Below, piece after piece: positions 46,801-55,380 of a stretch of 64,000 bases of DNA; position 1 is the stretch's first letter, and every line of letters starts with the position of its first letter. The stretch is taken from positions 19,150 through 83,149 of the forward strand of contig JACQMJ010000008.1 of NCBI GenBank assembly GCA_016203665.1, in the 5' to 3' direction. The position numbers were made by a program, and so were the translations under genes. A model generated the notes under the pieces. It was not told the origin of the DNA, made no database searches, and saw nothing but the letters and a program-made list of their open reading frames with translations. This DNA comes from Candidatus Sungiibacteriota bacterium. GTDB taxonomy: Bacteria > Patescibacteriota > Minisyncoccia > Sungbacterales > SURF-37.

Positions 46801-47536
46801 GGTTCGAGTTCAGGTTTTTGGAAAGGCCGATCTGGAGGCCGTCCTCACCGAGCACCACCACGCTGCCCACCGACGAGTCGCTGGATGGGCCCTGGCGCTC
46901 GACGGTGATTGAATTCACCTTAACGTCGCCGTCAGAGGAGGCGGTGAGGGTGAACTTGGTCGCCGGGACGCGCGAGGCGTTCTTGGGCGCGAGCGAATCG
47001 CCTGGCTGCGTGGCCGCGGCCACGGTCAAACCCGTGCCTGCCGGGGCTGCCGGTACTTCTGGGGCCGGGGTGCCGGGTGTCGTCGGAGTTGTCGGAGTTG
47101 TCGGAGTTGTCGGTACGCCTGCTACCAGCGAGTTATACCTGGCTTGCGAAAGCGGGCCGAAGTAACCTACGGCCGGGGAGACGCCGTTCGAGGACTGCCA
47201 CGCGGCAACGGCTGATCGGGTCAATGAGCCGAAGTACATCGTCTCATTGCCCGGGGAGCCGGCGCCGCTCGATGCGACTTTGTTCGCGGTTGAATTCAGA
47301 TACTGCTGCAGACACTTCACGTCGTCACCCGTTACGCCGACCGTGAGACTGCGGGTGAAACTGCATTTGCCTGCGGGTGCCGCCTGCTGGCCCTGGAGGG
47401 TTGCGATCTGCGCCTGGAGGGCTGCGATCTGGGCAAGGAGCTCGTCGATGGTCACCGCGGAGGCAACCTGCGGCAAGAGTGCGCCCACACCCGAGAGCAT
47501 GGCGGCGGTGGAGAGCGACACGATGACTCGCGTCAT
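43829..47536 (-). CDS. giant (about 1235 aa) Thr/Ser/Gly/Asp-rich surface protein with N-terminal signal peptide, coiled-coil, peptidoglycan-binding domain, (PTT)n linker and multiple beta-sandwich repeats; S-layer-like candidate
   Basis: The start was taken at ATG 47536 (MTRVIVSLSTAAMLSGVGALLPQVASA). A heptad segment IDELLAQIAALQAQIATLQGQ is followed by the PG-binding motif FTRSLTVGVTGDDVKCLQQYL...GYFGPLSQARYNSL, then TPTTPTTPTTPGTP. About 1000 aa of low-complexity T/S/G/D/N-rich repeats follow. No C-terminal anchor is present. Confidence 0.65.
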   Translation of the reverse strand: MTRVIVSLSTAAMLSGVGALLPQVASAVTIDELLAQIAALQAQIATLQGQQAAPAGKCSFTRSLTVGVTGDDVKCLQQYLNSTANKVASSGAGSPGNETMYFGSLTRSAVAAWQSSNGVSPAVGYFGPLSQARYNSLVAGVPTTPTTPTTPTTPGTPAPEVPAAPAGTGLTVAAATQPGDSLAPKNASRVPATKFTLTASSDGDVKVNSITVERQGPSSDSSVGSVVVLGEDGLQIGLSKNLNSNHQAILNEPITIKAGTSRTLTIGLNRPSSASDGGDIVKLAVVAVDAGATVVNGSLPIVGSPITMNSSLTIGTVTLTKGVNDPGSGATKEIGTTGYTFTGMRITAGSAEDVKAKWVSLNQSGSAATTDLKNIKVNFDGTDYAVTISADGKYYTANFGDGVTITKGNTKEFYVKGDIESGTNRGVDFDMYRYTDLYVVGNQFGYGLTPSATDSGDSSTDDDGTFQATNPVWDAFEATIGSGSLSVTKSTAIPAQNIAVNLNDQPLGAFDVEVKGEDVNVTSMIIRVSANRNDSSVTEVDFSQVALYDNTTGKVVAGPLDGSGTTDAEMIFTFTDSVTFPIGKRAYLLKGKLSTDFDSDTLVSASTTPNGWTATGAVSGNSITPTPTTAVTGNSFTVKTATSSISLSNTPTNQNVVAGVTGFTFAKILFDGTSSGEDVRFTSAQFALETDTGSSEPTNCQLFDGTTALNTGTNVQNPTSDGQKTFTLDKNLIIPKGTLKTVDLKCDVPANSTADDTIEWKINIGASYGATGLTSGNTVTPTLNNGSNANSTDNNNKMTIKSGGTLSVSLDGSSPAVRLAQSGQEVVLAVLRITGTNEDLDLKQIGLQLSNIASNTPQDLSSITLWDGSTKVGEAVLTSLDNATATLSSFTIPKDGDKLLTVKGVIGAIGVNQAARPGHLVTVDWDRDASADNSNSATYAIGAQSSTNVYASRSDSDTASAGTRIVRGYPTISVLSVPSTSLADQAQKVLYRFSVTSTAGGNGVSLFKFTFSIATSGDDQSNTDVVITNLRLFAFTGSNFSGGAYSADGQLNNGSTFFSSDGNNDGVENDRATTTDKAIYFNPATPSSTGANSREAINVPAGSTYYFELRGDVTGADAGDSATVQMMGDNTWIGSLCSGTTDCSDAGFLVGSRVYTYATTAPFADDGDSGVQARNVGATGVNADDTNPGDDFIWSGNSTTTHSGSGNGIMGPDWYNGFVVPGLPSGGAQSITLSL

Positions 47537-48462
47537 CCTGCCGCCCGCGGGAATGAATGTACCCATAGAAGTTACAACGAAGTTATGATTTCGGCGCGCG
47601 ATGCGCGAACCGAAAACCTTTATCCATCGTTCCGGTGCGCCGACGCTCCAGCTCTTCTTAAAAAGAGAAAAACTGGAAACACGCAACAAAGCGATGGAAG
47701 TCAACGGATGAATACTGGAATCGTTTCAGGAACACGGTTCCGGGCGAACCCCGCTGGCGCGGGATCGACCTGCCCGAAACGCATGATGGTTTCAAGAAGT
47801 AAGAATTACTGTAGAAAAACTGATCCGTTCAATTTTCAAAGTTCTGTCGTGCCGGCGCTCGCAATCGTTTCAATCCGCGTCTCAAGCCGTATCAGGCGCA
47901 AAAGGCATCATAGCGGCCTGGGACCCGGACTGCAACTTGACGTATCGGATTAACGGCGTTCCCGCTATCCCACAGCAAAAGAAAGAACTCCCGATGTCCT
48001 GGAACGTTCCATTCGTTCCGTTCATCAACCCATCAATACCCTCTATTATAGGAGCCACTCAACCGGACGGGCAAACGGCTAAATGTGGATAAGTAGGAAC
48101 GCCTGAAACCACACTCGACACGAGTTGTTTTGCCCATAACCGGACAGCGGCAAATCCTATGCTACCCATTATAGGGAACCGCCGGGAACCGGGCAAAAGC
48201 CGTGTGGATAACTGAAAATGCCTATTTTCCCTGCAAGAACGCCCAAGATTGAAGGGGGACACTGAAAATTCATCCGGCCTTCAAACCGTGGCGCGCCAGC
48301 AATACCGAATCTTACCAGTAGCCGAGTATATGGTGTCCTGTCAAAGCCGCAGAACCAGCGGGATGCCCTTTGCGGTGAGTTTTTATTCCTATAGGACATC
48401 TATCGGACAGCAAAAAATACGATTAAATATCGGTATTATGCATATCGGACACAAAATATGTC

Positions 48463-49050
48463 CTATATGGAATACACGGTCCAGCGGTTATCGCCCTGCC
48501 GCTGGATAAAGCCGGCGCTTACGAGCTGCAGAAGATCGCGCTGGAGCGTTTTTTCGCTATAGGTATCCCCGAATATTTGGCGAATATCCCCGAGTTGGGC
48601 CCGGCCGTTGCCCGAGAGGTAGGTCAGGATCCGGGATTGGCGCTCATTCGGGGTGAATAGAGCTCTAGAGGGCAGAGAATCCGTTGCTGCCAAATCATTA
48701 TTCCCTTCCGGAATCGCCCGCAGGCCGTCGCTGACGGCGCCATATGCCGCAATTACCCGGCCGGCGTTACCAGCGGTGATAAGACAAGAGCGCTCGGTAA
48801 AGCGAATAATCTCAACCGCTCCCGCAATCAAGGCCGTGAGCCGCTCTCGCTCGTTGGAACGCCGGACTTCGGTAAAAAATGCCATACCGGTCACGCCGCC
48901 CAAAATTTCGGTGGCGTGCCGCCGGAGGGAATGCTTCAGGGCGGAATCAAACGCGGCAAAACCGGTCAGCCGGTAAATCGCTTCGGCCGCGGCCAGGGCT
49001 TTTCTTCGCGCCTCCTGCAGTGCATCGGCATCTGACATAATGCCATCCAC
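48463..49050 (-). CDS. hypothetical protein with C-terminal DeoR-type winged-helix DNA-binding domain (putative transcriptional regulator)
   Basis: The C-terminal ~55 aa (RILTYLSGNGRAQLGDIRQIFGDTYSEKTLQRDLLQLVSAGFIQRQGDNRWTVY) match the wHTH pattern of DeoR/Fic-associated HTH domains. The N-terminal 130 aa are uncharacterised. It sits directly downstream of clpB. Confidence 0.4.
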   Translation of the reverse strand: MDGIMSDADALQEARRKALAAAEAIYRLTGFAAFDSALKHSLRRHATEILGGVTGMAFFTEVRRSNERERLTALIAGAVEIIRFTERSCLITAGNAGRVIAAYGAVSDGLRAIPEGNNDLAATDSLPSRALFTPNERQSRILTYLSGNGRAQLGDIRQIFGDTYSEKTLQRDLLQLVSAGFIQRQGDNRWTVYSI

Positions 49051-49125
49051 AGTATGCCAAAATTTGTTGTTTCGTCAACCGTTAAAAACCCGCCGCCTCA
49101 TAGGAGGCGGCGGGTTTTGGATGCA

Positions 49126-51840
49126 TCACTTCTTCACGCCGGCGAGCGAACGCTTCTTTATAACAGCGCCGGCCTTGATAAAACGCACCGCATCGCGCTC
49201 CACGCCGACGATGACGGCATCGCCGGCCTTGATGTTCCCGTTAATCAGTTCCTGGGCCAGCTCGTTTAAAAGGTGGGTCTGGATGGCACGCTTAAGGGGG
49301 CGCGCGCCGTAGTGCGGATCGTGGCCCTTCTCGGCTAGAAAGTCTTCGAGCGCGGGATCAAAGGAGAGGGTAATGCCCTTCTCAAGCGCCCTCTTGGCCA
49401 CGCGCTCCAACTGCAGCCGAACTATACGGCGGAGCACGGCCTTAGTCAGCGAGTTGAAGATAATGATCTCGTCAATGCGGTTCAAGAACTCCGGCCGAAA
49501 GCTCCGCTCCAAGGCCTTCCTAATCTTATCTTTCAAGTCCTCGCCGGTTGCCGAACGCGCCTCGTCGGCCGCGGAGGCAAATCCAATCCGCGAGAGCTCG
49601 GCCACGAACTCCGAGCCGATATTGGAGGTCATGATGACGACAGTATTCTTGAAGTTCACCGTGCGGCCTTTGGCATCGGTCAGGCGGCCGTTGTCCAGGA
49701 TCTGTAAAAGAATGTTGAACACTTCGGGGTGCGCCTTCTCAATCTCGTCAAAGAGAATGACCGAATAGGGGCGATGTTTGACCTTCTCCGTCAACTGGCC
49801 GCCCTCCTCGTAGCCGACGTAGCCCGGCGGTGAGCCGATGAACTTGGCCACGGTGTGGCGCTCCATGTACTCGGACATGTCCACGCGGATGAGGGCCTTC
49901 TCATCGTTGAACATGAATTCGGCCAAGGCTTTCGAAAGCTCGGTTTTACCCACACCCGAGGGGCCGAGGAAAATAAAAGAGGCGATGGGCCGGTCCTCGT
50001 CCTGGATGCCGGCGCGTGATCTGCGTATGGCGTGCGCCATCTTCTCAATGGCCTCTTCCTGCCCCAGTACCCGGCCGGAGAGCACCGCCTCCAGGCGCAT
50101 CAGCTTCTCGCCCTCGGCCTCGAGCATGCGCGTCACCGGAATACCGGTCCAGCGCTCCACAACCGCGGCAATATCCTCGGCGGTCACCTCTTCCTTAAGC
50201 ATCTGACGCTCGGCCTGCACTTTCTTCATCTTGGCCTCGGTATCGCGAAGCTTCTTTTCCGCCTCGGGAATTTTGCCATAGCGCAGCTCGGCCACGCGCT
50301 CGAACGCGCCCTCGCGCTCGCGGATATCAGATTCCTGGCGAAAATCGCCGAGCTGCTTCTTCAGCTCCCGGATGGAGGCAATGAGTTCCTTTTCAGTTTG
50401 CCAGCGGCCTTCGAGCTGTTTCACCTTGGCGCGGAGCGCCTCGAGGTTCTTTTGCAGCACTGCAAGACCCGCTGACCCCGCGGCTGACCGGCCTCGCTCG
50501 CGCCTCTCCTTTAAAGCTCTCGCCCGGGCCGGCTCGCCCTGCTTCATAGTCTCGCGCTCGATTTCAAGCTCGGCGAGCTTGCGGCGCAGTTCTTCAAGGT
50601 CCTTGGGCATGGAATCAATTTCCAGACGGAGGGAGGAGGCCGCCTCGTCCATGAGGTCAACGGCCTTGTCCGGCAGGAAGCGGTCGGTAATGTAGCGGCT
50701 GGAGAGCTGCACCGCGGCCTCGAGTGCCTCATCGGAGATGCGCACGCCGTGGTGCACTTCGTACTTCGCTTTCAGACCGCGGAGAATGGATACTGCCTCT
50801 TCGGGCGAGGGCTCCTCCACATAGACCGGCTGGAAGCGCCGGGCCAGCGCCGGATCCTTTTCAATGTACTTATGGTACTCGCGGAGCGTCGTCGCGCCGA
50901 TGGCCCGGAGTTCGCCCCGCGCCAGCGCCGGCTTCAGCATGTTTGAGGCATCAATCGCCCCCTCGGCCGCGCCCGCGCCAACGATAGTGTGGAGTTCATC
51001 AATAAAAATGACGTATTTGCCCTGCTGGCGCTCGAGCTCCTTTAAAAGGGCTTTCAGACGGTCTTCAAATTCACCGCGGTACTTCGTGCCGGCGACGAGC
51101 GAGCCGACATCGAGATTGATGAGTTCCTTCTCCTTTAGCGATTCCGGCACCTCGCCCGAAACAATGCGTTGGGCCAGGCCCTCGGCGATGGCCGTCTTGC
51201 CGACGCCAGCCTCGCCGATGAGCACGGGGTTATTCTTCGTGCGGCGCGAGAGCACCTGCATGACGCGGCGAATTTCCTGATCGCGGCCGATGACCGGGTC
51301 AAGTTTCTCCTCCCGCGCAAGCTTCGTCAAATTCCGCGCGTATTTTTCGAGCACGTTATACTTCGCCTCGGGCTCGGGATCGGTGATGCGCTGCGAGCCG
51401 CGGAGCTCCCCGAGAGCGCGGACAATGGCATCATGCGCCACGCCGTGCTCCAGGAGCACTTCGTGCGCCCGGGAGGGAACGACTGCAATGGCGAGCAGCA
51501 GGTGCTCCACGGAAATAAATTCGTCCTTCAGGGCGGATGCCTCGCGGTGAGCCTGCTCCATGACGCGGCCGAGGTCCTGGGAAAGATAGAGGGAGGCAAT
51601 GCCGCCCGAGCCCGAAACGCGCGGCTGGCGATCGAGGAGGTCTAAAAGCTTCTCCGAGAGCGCGGCAACGTCAAGGCCGATGCGCTCCAGCACCTCGTCC
51701 ACGGTCCCCTCCTCCTGCAAGACAAGCGCGGCCAGGATGTGTAACGGCGTAATCTGCTGGTGCGAGCGCTCAATGGCTAAATCGTGCGCTTTCTTCAGCG
51801 CCTCCTGGGCCTTGATAGTGAAATTATTGAATGGCGTCAT
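49126..51840 (-). CDS. clpB: ATP-dependent chaperone ClpB (Hsp104 family disaggregase)
   Basis: Clp N-domain; two AAA+ modules with Walker A motifs [15 protein letters not shown] and [15 protein letters not shown]; long coiled-coil middle domain between NBD1 and NBD2. Length is 904 aa. Confidence 0.9.
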   Translation of the reverse strand: MTPFNNFTIKAQEALKKAHDLAIERSHQQITPLHILAALVLQEEGTVDEVLERIGLDVAALSEKLLDLLDRQPRVSGSGGIASLYLSQDLGRVMEQAHREASALKDEFISVEHLLLAIAVVPSRAHEVLLEHGVAHDAIVRALGELRGSQRITDPEPEAKYNVLEKYARNLTKLAREEKLDPVIGRDQEIRRVMQVLSRRTKNNPVLIGEAGVGKTAIAEGLAQRIVSGEVPESLKEKELINLDVGSLVAGTKYRGEFEDRLKALLKELERQQGKYVIFIDELHTIVGAGAAEGAIDASNMLKPALARGELRAIGATTLREYHKYIEKDPALARRFQPVYVEEPSPEEAVSILRGLKAKYEVHHGVRISDEALEAAVQLSSRYITDRFLPDKAVDLMDEAASSLRLEIDSMPKDLEELRRKLAELEIERETMKQGEPARARALKERRERGRSAAGSAGLAVLQKNLEALRAKVKQLEGRWQTEKELIASIRELKKQLGDFRQESDIREREGAFERVAELRYGKIPEAEKKLRDTEAKMKKVQAERQMLKEEVTAEDIAAVVERWTGIPVTRMLEAEGEKLMRLEAVLSGRVLGQEEAIEKMAHAIRRSRAGIQDEDRPIASFIFLGPSGVGKTELSKALAEFMFNDEKALIRVDMSEYMERHTVAKFIGSPPGYVGYEEGGQLTEKVKHRPYSVILFDEIEKAHPEVFNILLQILDNGRLTDAKGRTVNFKNTVVIMTSNIGSEFVAELSRIGFASAADEARSATGEDLKDKIRKALERSFRPEFLNRIDEIIIFNSLTKAVLRRIVRLQLERVAKRALEKGITLSFDPALEDFLAEKGHDPHYGARPLKRAIQTHLLNELAQELINGNIKAGDAVIVGVERDAVRFIKAGAVIKKRSLAGVKK

Positions 51841-51983
51841 GGACTATAAAAGGCAGGAATGGCGTAGAGTCTCTACTGCCTTTACTGCCTCTAAAGTTCC
51901 TACAGCGGAATTTATCCATAATATAGCAGAAAAAATAAGATAAATCAAGCCCCTCTAATCTATATACCAAACATAATACATGA

Positions 51984-52010
51984 TTAGCACTCTAGTCAAT
52001 GGAGTGCTAA
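51984..52010. promoter_or_regulatory. CIRCE operator (HrcA box) TTAGCACTC-N9-GAGTGCTAA upstream of clpB
   Basis: Perfect match to the CIRCE consensus: ttagcactc tagtcaatg gagtgctaa. On the clpB strand a -35-like TTGACT lies inside the spacer, and TATTAT lies about 15 nt downstream. The element is about 145 nt upstream of the clpB ATG. Confidence 0.8.
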
Positions 52011-52049
52011 TAGATCGGTTTAAATATTTGAATCTTTAAATACGCAATG

Positions 52050-53282
52050 TTATTTCCGCTCCTCAAGCGTGGCGGTTAGCGTAAGCGTCTCTCCGCCGCG
52101 GCGAACCTTCAGGGCTGCCTGCTGCCCTACTTTATGCTCGCCGATGAGCGCGGCCAGAGTGTTTTGTGCATCCACCCGCTTGCCGCCGAGCTCAATGATG
52201 ATGTCGCCGGCTTTGAGCCCGGCCTTGTCCGCCGGGCCGCCGGCCGCCACCGCCGGACTTTCGCTGTCGCCGACGAGGTAGGCACCGTAGTCCACCGGCA
52301 GCTTTTCCTGTGCGGCAATGTCCTTGGTTACCATGACGTAGCGCACGCCTAGAAAAGGGTAGACGATGCGGCCTGTCGCCTTAACGCTCTCAATATCGCG
52401 CTTGGCTTTGTTGACGGGGATAGCAAAGCCGACGTTCTCCGCGCCCTGGGCCATGGCGGTGTTGATGCCGATGACCTCGCCCTTCATGTTCAGGAGCGGC
52501 CCGCCGGAATTCCCGGGATTGATGGCGGCGTCAGTCTGAATGAGCTCCTGGAGCGATTCCGAACCAATGCCCGGACCGCTGGCCGTGACTGTCCGCTGGA
52601 GACCCGACACTACGCCCACGGAAACGGTGTTGCGGAACTCGCCGAGGGCGTTGCCGATGGCAATGACCGTCTGGCCGACCTCGGCCTTTGAGGAGTCCCC
52701 GAGCGCGACCGTGGGCAGGCCGCCCCGTTCAATCTTGACTATGGCAAGATCCTGCACCGGGTCACGGGCGAGCACCTTGGCCGCGAGCTTGGTGCCATCG
52801 TTCAGGAAGACCGTATAGTCCGCAGCGGTGTCGGACACGACGTGCTTATTCGTCAGGATGAGGCCGTCAGAGGAGACGATGAAACCGGTGCCGGCGCCGA
52901 CCTCCTGGCGCTGGGTGCCGCGCTGGCGGTACTGCGGAACGCCGAACTCCCGGCCGAAGAAACGCTCAAAGAAGGGATCACCGCCGAAGGGATTGACGAA
53001 GTACTGTTCCACGATCGGCACGTCCTTCGTCGCGACGATAGACACCACTGCAGGCGCGGTGCGCTTCACCGCCGTGACCACCGGCTCGTCGCGGTTCAAC
53101 ACGCCCTCGGCGGCTTGGCGTAGACCCGAACCGGTAGACGAAGACTCGATAATGCGCTCCACAACCTGGCCCGGCCGCTGGCCGGTTAGAAAGGAGAGGG
53201 TGACCAGCACAGTCAGGAACGATGTTGCGGCTGCAACGACGATGGTCGCGGCGATGAGTTGTCTGGGGCGGAGGTTATCCAT
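52050..53282 (-). CDS. htrA: HtrA/DegP-family serine protease (trypsin-like S1C + PDZ), membrane anchored
   Basis: N-terminal TM; catalytic triad context GTGFIVSSDGLILTNKHVV (His), Asp, and GNSGGPLLN (Ser); C-terminal PDZ domain (...GLKAGDIIIELGGKRV...). Confidence 0.85.
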   Translation of the reverse strand: MDNLRPRQLIAATIVVAAATSFLTVLVTLSFLTGQRPGQVVERIIESSSTGSGLRQAAEGVLNRDEPVVTAVKRTAPAVVSIVATKDVPIVEQYFVNPFGGDPFFERFFGREFGVPQYRQRGTQRQEVGAGTGFIVSSDGLILTNKHVVSDTAADYTVFLNDGTKLAAKVLARDPVQDLAIVKIERGGLPTVALGDSSKAEVGQTVIAIGNALGEFRNTVSVGVVSGLQRTVTASGPGIGSESLQELIQTDAAINPGNSGGPLLNMKGEVIGINTAMAQGAENVGFAIPVNKAKRDIESVKATGRIVYPFLGVRYVMVTKDIAAQEKLPVDYGAYLVGDSESPAVAAGGPADKAGLKAGDIIIELGGKRVDAQNTLAALIGEHKVGQQAALKVRRGGETLTLTATLEERK

Positions 53283-53294
53283 AAATAGTCACTC

Positions 53295-53516
53295 CTACAC
53301 TACTGCCTCGACGCGCTCTACGCCCGGCACGCGCTCCTTCAGAAGCTCTTCCACGCCGGCTTTCAAGGTCAGCCCGGAGAGCGGGCAGCCATGGCATGTG
53401 CCGAGGAGCCGGACCTTAACAACGCCCTCATCAACGGCTACAAGCTCAATGTTGCCGGCATGGAGCGCCAGCATCGGCCGTACCTCCTCAAGTACTTTCT
53501 CCACCTGTTCCTTCAT
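53295..53516 (-). CDS. nfuA: Nfu/NifU-C-terminal-domain Fe-S cluster carrier protein
   Basis: 73 aa with the CxxC motif LGTCHGCPLSG typical of the NifU C-terminal (Nfu) domain. Confidence 0.75.
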   Translation of the reverse strand: MKEQVEKVLEEVRPMLALHAGNIELVAVDEGVVKVRLLGTCHGCPLSGLTLKAGVEELLKERVPGVERVEAVV

Positions 53517-53732
53517 TTATATCGCCAGCAAATATCGGAACTTTGCGAGCAGGGCCAGGGCAAGAATGCCCCAGATAATGGCAAAGGCCGTCACGATCCG
53601 GCCTTCGCGCTTTAATTCCGACTCGGTGAACATGACAAGTCCAATAATCAGCCCGGAAAAAATCGGATTCAGGAGCGCTATGACAACCGCGGCCAGGAAT
53701 AACTTATTTTTTGCGATACTCGCTCGTTCCAT
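53517..53732 (-). CDS. small two-TM membrane protein, hypothetical
   Basis: 71 aa with two hydrophobic helices. It is tightly packed between sodA and nfu, with a 1-nt gap to nfu. Confidence 0.4.
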   Translation of the reverse strand: MERASIAKNKLFLAAVVIALLNPIFSGLIIGLVMFTESELKREGRIVTAFAIIWGILALALLAKFRYLLAI

Positions 53733-53737
53733 TGGAT

Positions 53738-54322
53738 CTAACCTGCCAACCGGCCGGCTGCAATATTCCAGTCAATAGCTTTGAAAAATGCTTCAATATA
53801 ATCGGCTTTCTTTATGCCGTAGTCCAGCATATAGGCGTGTTCAAAAACATCAAGCACAAGAAGCGGTGCACACCCGGCAAGGTGGCCCGTGTCGTGCTCG
53901 TTCACCCATGTATTGAAGAGTTCGCCGCTGGCTGAATCGCGATAGAGGATGGCCCAGCCAATGCCGCGCATCGCAGCCACGGCCTGAAACCCTTTCCGCC
54001 ACACCTCATACGAGCCAAACTTCTGCACGAGGTGGCGCATCAGCGAGGCGTCATCGGCAAGCGCCGTACCGGCCTTGGCCATGTTGCCGAAATAGAGCTC
54101 GTGGAGGCGCATGCCGTTAAATTCCCATCCGAACCGGCGCTTCAACTCCGCATACAATGGCGTGCCGAGCTTGCCTTCGTCCACCAGCGCCCGGATCTCC
54201 TCCATGAGTTTATTGGTATTCGTGACATACCCCTGGTAGAGCGTGAAATGGTTATTCAGCAGTTGGTCGGAAAACCCCGGCGTGCCGAGAAGATGATCGT
54301 AGTTTTTTGGTTCGTAGGCCAT
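53738..54322 (-). CDS. sodA: Fe/Mn superoxide dismutase
   Basis: The metal-ligand context DVFEHAYMLDY (Asp and His ligands) is present. The N-terminal helical hairpin begins ...LGTPGFSDQLLNNHFTLYQGYV.... Length is 194 aa. Confidence 0.9.
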   Translation of the reverse strand: MAYEPKNYDHLLGTPGFSDQLLNNHFTLYQGYVTNTNKLMEEIRALVDEGKLGTPLYAELKRRFGWEFNGMRLHELYFGNMAKAGTALADDASLMRHLVQKFGSYEVWRKGFQAVAAMRGIGWAILYRDSASGELFNTWVNEHDTGHLAGCAPLLVLDVFEHAYMLDYGIKKADYIEAFFKAIDWNIAAGRLAG

Positions 54323-54406
54323 AGCAAGTTGTTAGCTGTTTAGCTGCCTAGCTTCTTAGAGATCGAATACCTAAGAAGCTAAAAAGCTAATGAGCTAGAA
54401 AGCTCA

Positions 54407-54700
54407 TCATGGGTAAATCTGCCTCCCCTCCTCATCATAGACGATAATCGCCTGCGTCGGACAAGACTTGGCCGCAAGGAGCAGCATTTCATCATCAATG
54501 GTTTGATCTTCCAATTCCTTGCGCGCGGTCATGTCCGAGGTCGGCGGCTGGCTCTTGCGGCGGAGCACGGCCTTATTCTCGGGGTCAAGTTCAAAGGCGG
54601 AGGGCGCTACGGCTATGCATGATGCCGCGCCGATGCAGAGATTACGGTCCACCATGAGCTTGCCGATGCGTGGTTTTTTCTCCTGTCCTTGATTTTCCAT
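54407..54700 (-). CDS. fdx: small ferredoxin-like protein (Cys-rich, single [Fe-S] cluster type)
   Basis: The start was taken at the internal ATG 54700, preceded by AGGAG. The Cys motifs are LCIGAASCIAVAP and AAKSCPTQA. The 109-aa upstream part of the track ORF is unlikely to be real. Confidence 0.65.
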   Translation of the reverse strand: MENQGQEKKPRIGKLMVDRNLCIGAASCIAVAPSAFELDPENKAVLRRKSQPPTSDMTARKELEDQTIDDEMLLLAAKSCPTQAIIVYDEEGRQIYP

Positions 54701-54977
54701 CTCTCCTATTCTATACGTAAACGTAGACAGAACAACCGGGGAGGTGAAACGCCGTGGCCCACCGCATCGCGGCCCATCGCGCCATGAGAAGCGGCATTGA
54801 AATGATCGCGCACTGCCTCTTCCATTAGACACCGCCCCGCGAGTGGGTGTGCTGCCCCGACTGCGACAAAAAGCTTGTACATATCGATAGGCGTAGGGTA
54901 CTGCCCGTGGTGCATCACGCGGATAGTTACGGCGGACTGCCCCATCTGCACCGGCAAACCGTGGTAGGAGGAATGCC

Positions 54978-55346
54978 ATGCTGGTCGTTTGGTGCGTTCT
55001 CTTAACCATCACGGCGCTCGCAGCCAATTACGCCTACGGGCTCCTCCTAGTCTGCGCCGGACCGCCCGCGGCTCCCCAAACCCGCAACGAACGCTGGTTC
55101 ATCCTGTTTCTCGGGTTACAGGGAGCTGTTGCGCTGAAAGTTAGCGACTGGTGCTGCAATAGCTGGGGTCATTCGCTATTCGCCATAGTGACCCTTGGCA
55201 TGCTTGGAATCCTGCTCTTACAAGGCGCCAAGCGCATCGGCGGCGAGCCAGCGGTCAACGCGATCGCCATCTTCGGCGTCGTCTGGTGGGCGAGCGCTAT
55301 GCTCGCCATCTCGATACAGCCGAGCATCGCATCGGGCCGAGAATAA
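54978..55346 (+). CDS. possible small membrane protein (plus strand, low confidence)
   Basis: It is the only ORF in a 680-bp gap between fdx and nifU. The translation is hydrophobic with Trp/Cys-rich loops. It could equally be a GC-driven spurious ORF. Confidence 0.25.
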   Translation: MLVVWCVLLTITALAANYAYGLLLVCAGPPAAPQTRNERWFILFLGLQGAVALKVSDWCCNSWGHSLFAIVTLGMLGILLLQGAKRIGGEPAVNAIAIFGVVWWASAMLAISIQPSIASGRE

Positions 55347-55380
55347 AACTTTCGGCCCGTTTTCCTTTGACAAATCGCCG

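Noticed and set aside
47705-48462. Possible CRISPR array, suspected because of the repeated motifs
   Set aside because: The repeats are imperfect (~65 bp with indels) and irregularly spaced, with no constant-length spacers. There are no cas genes in the window.
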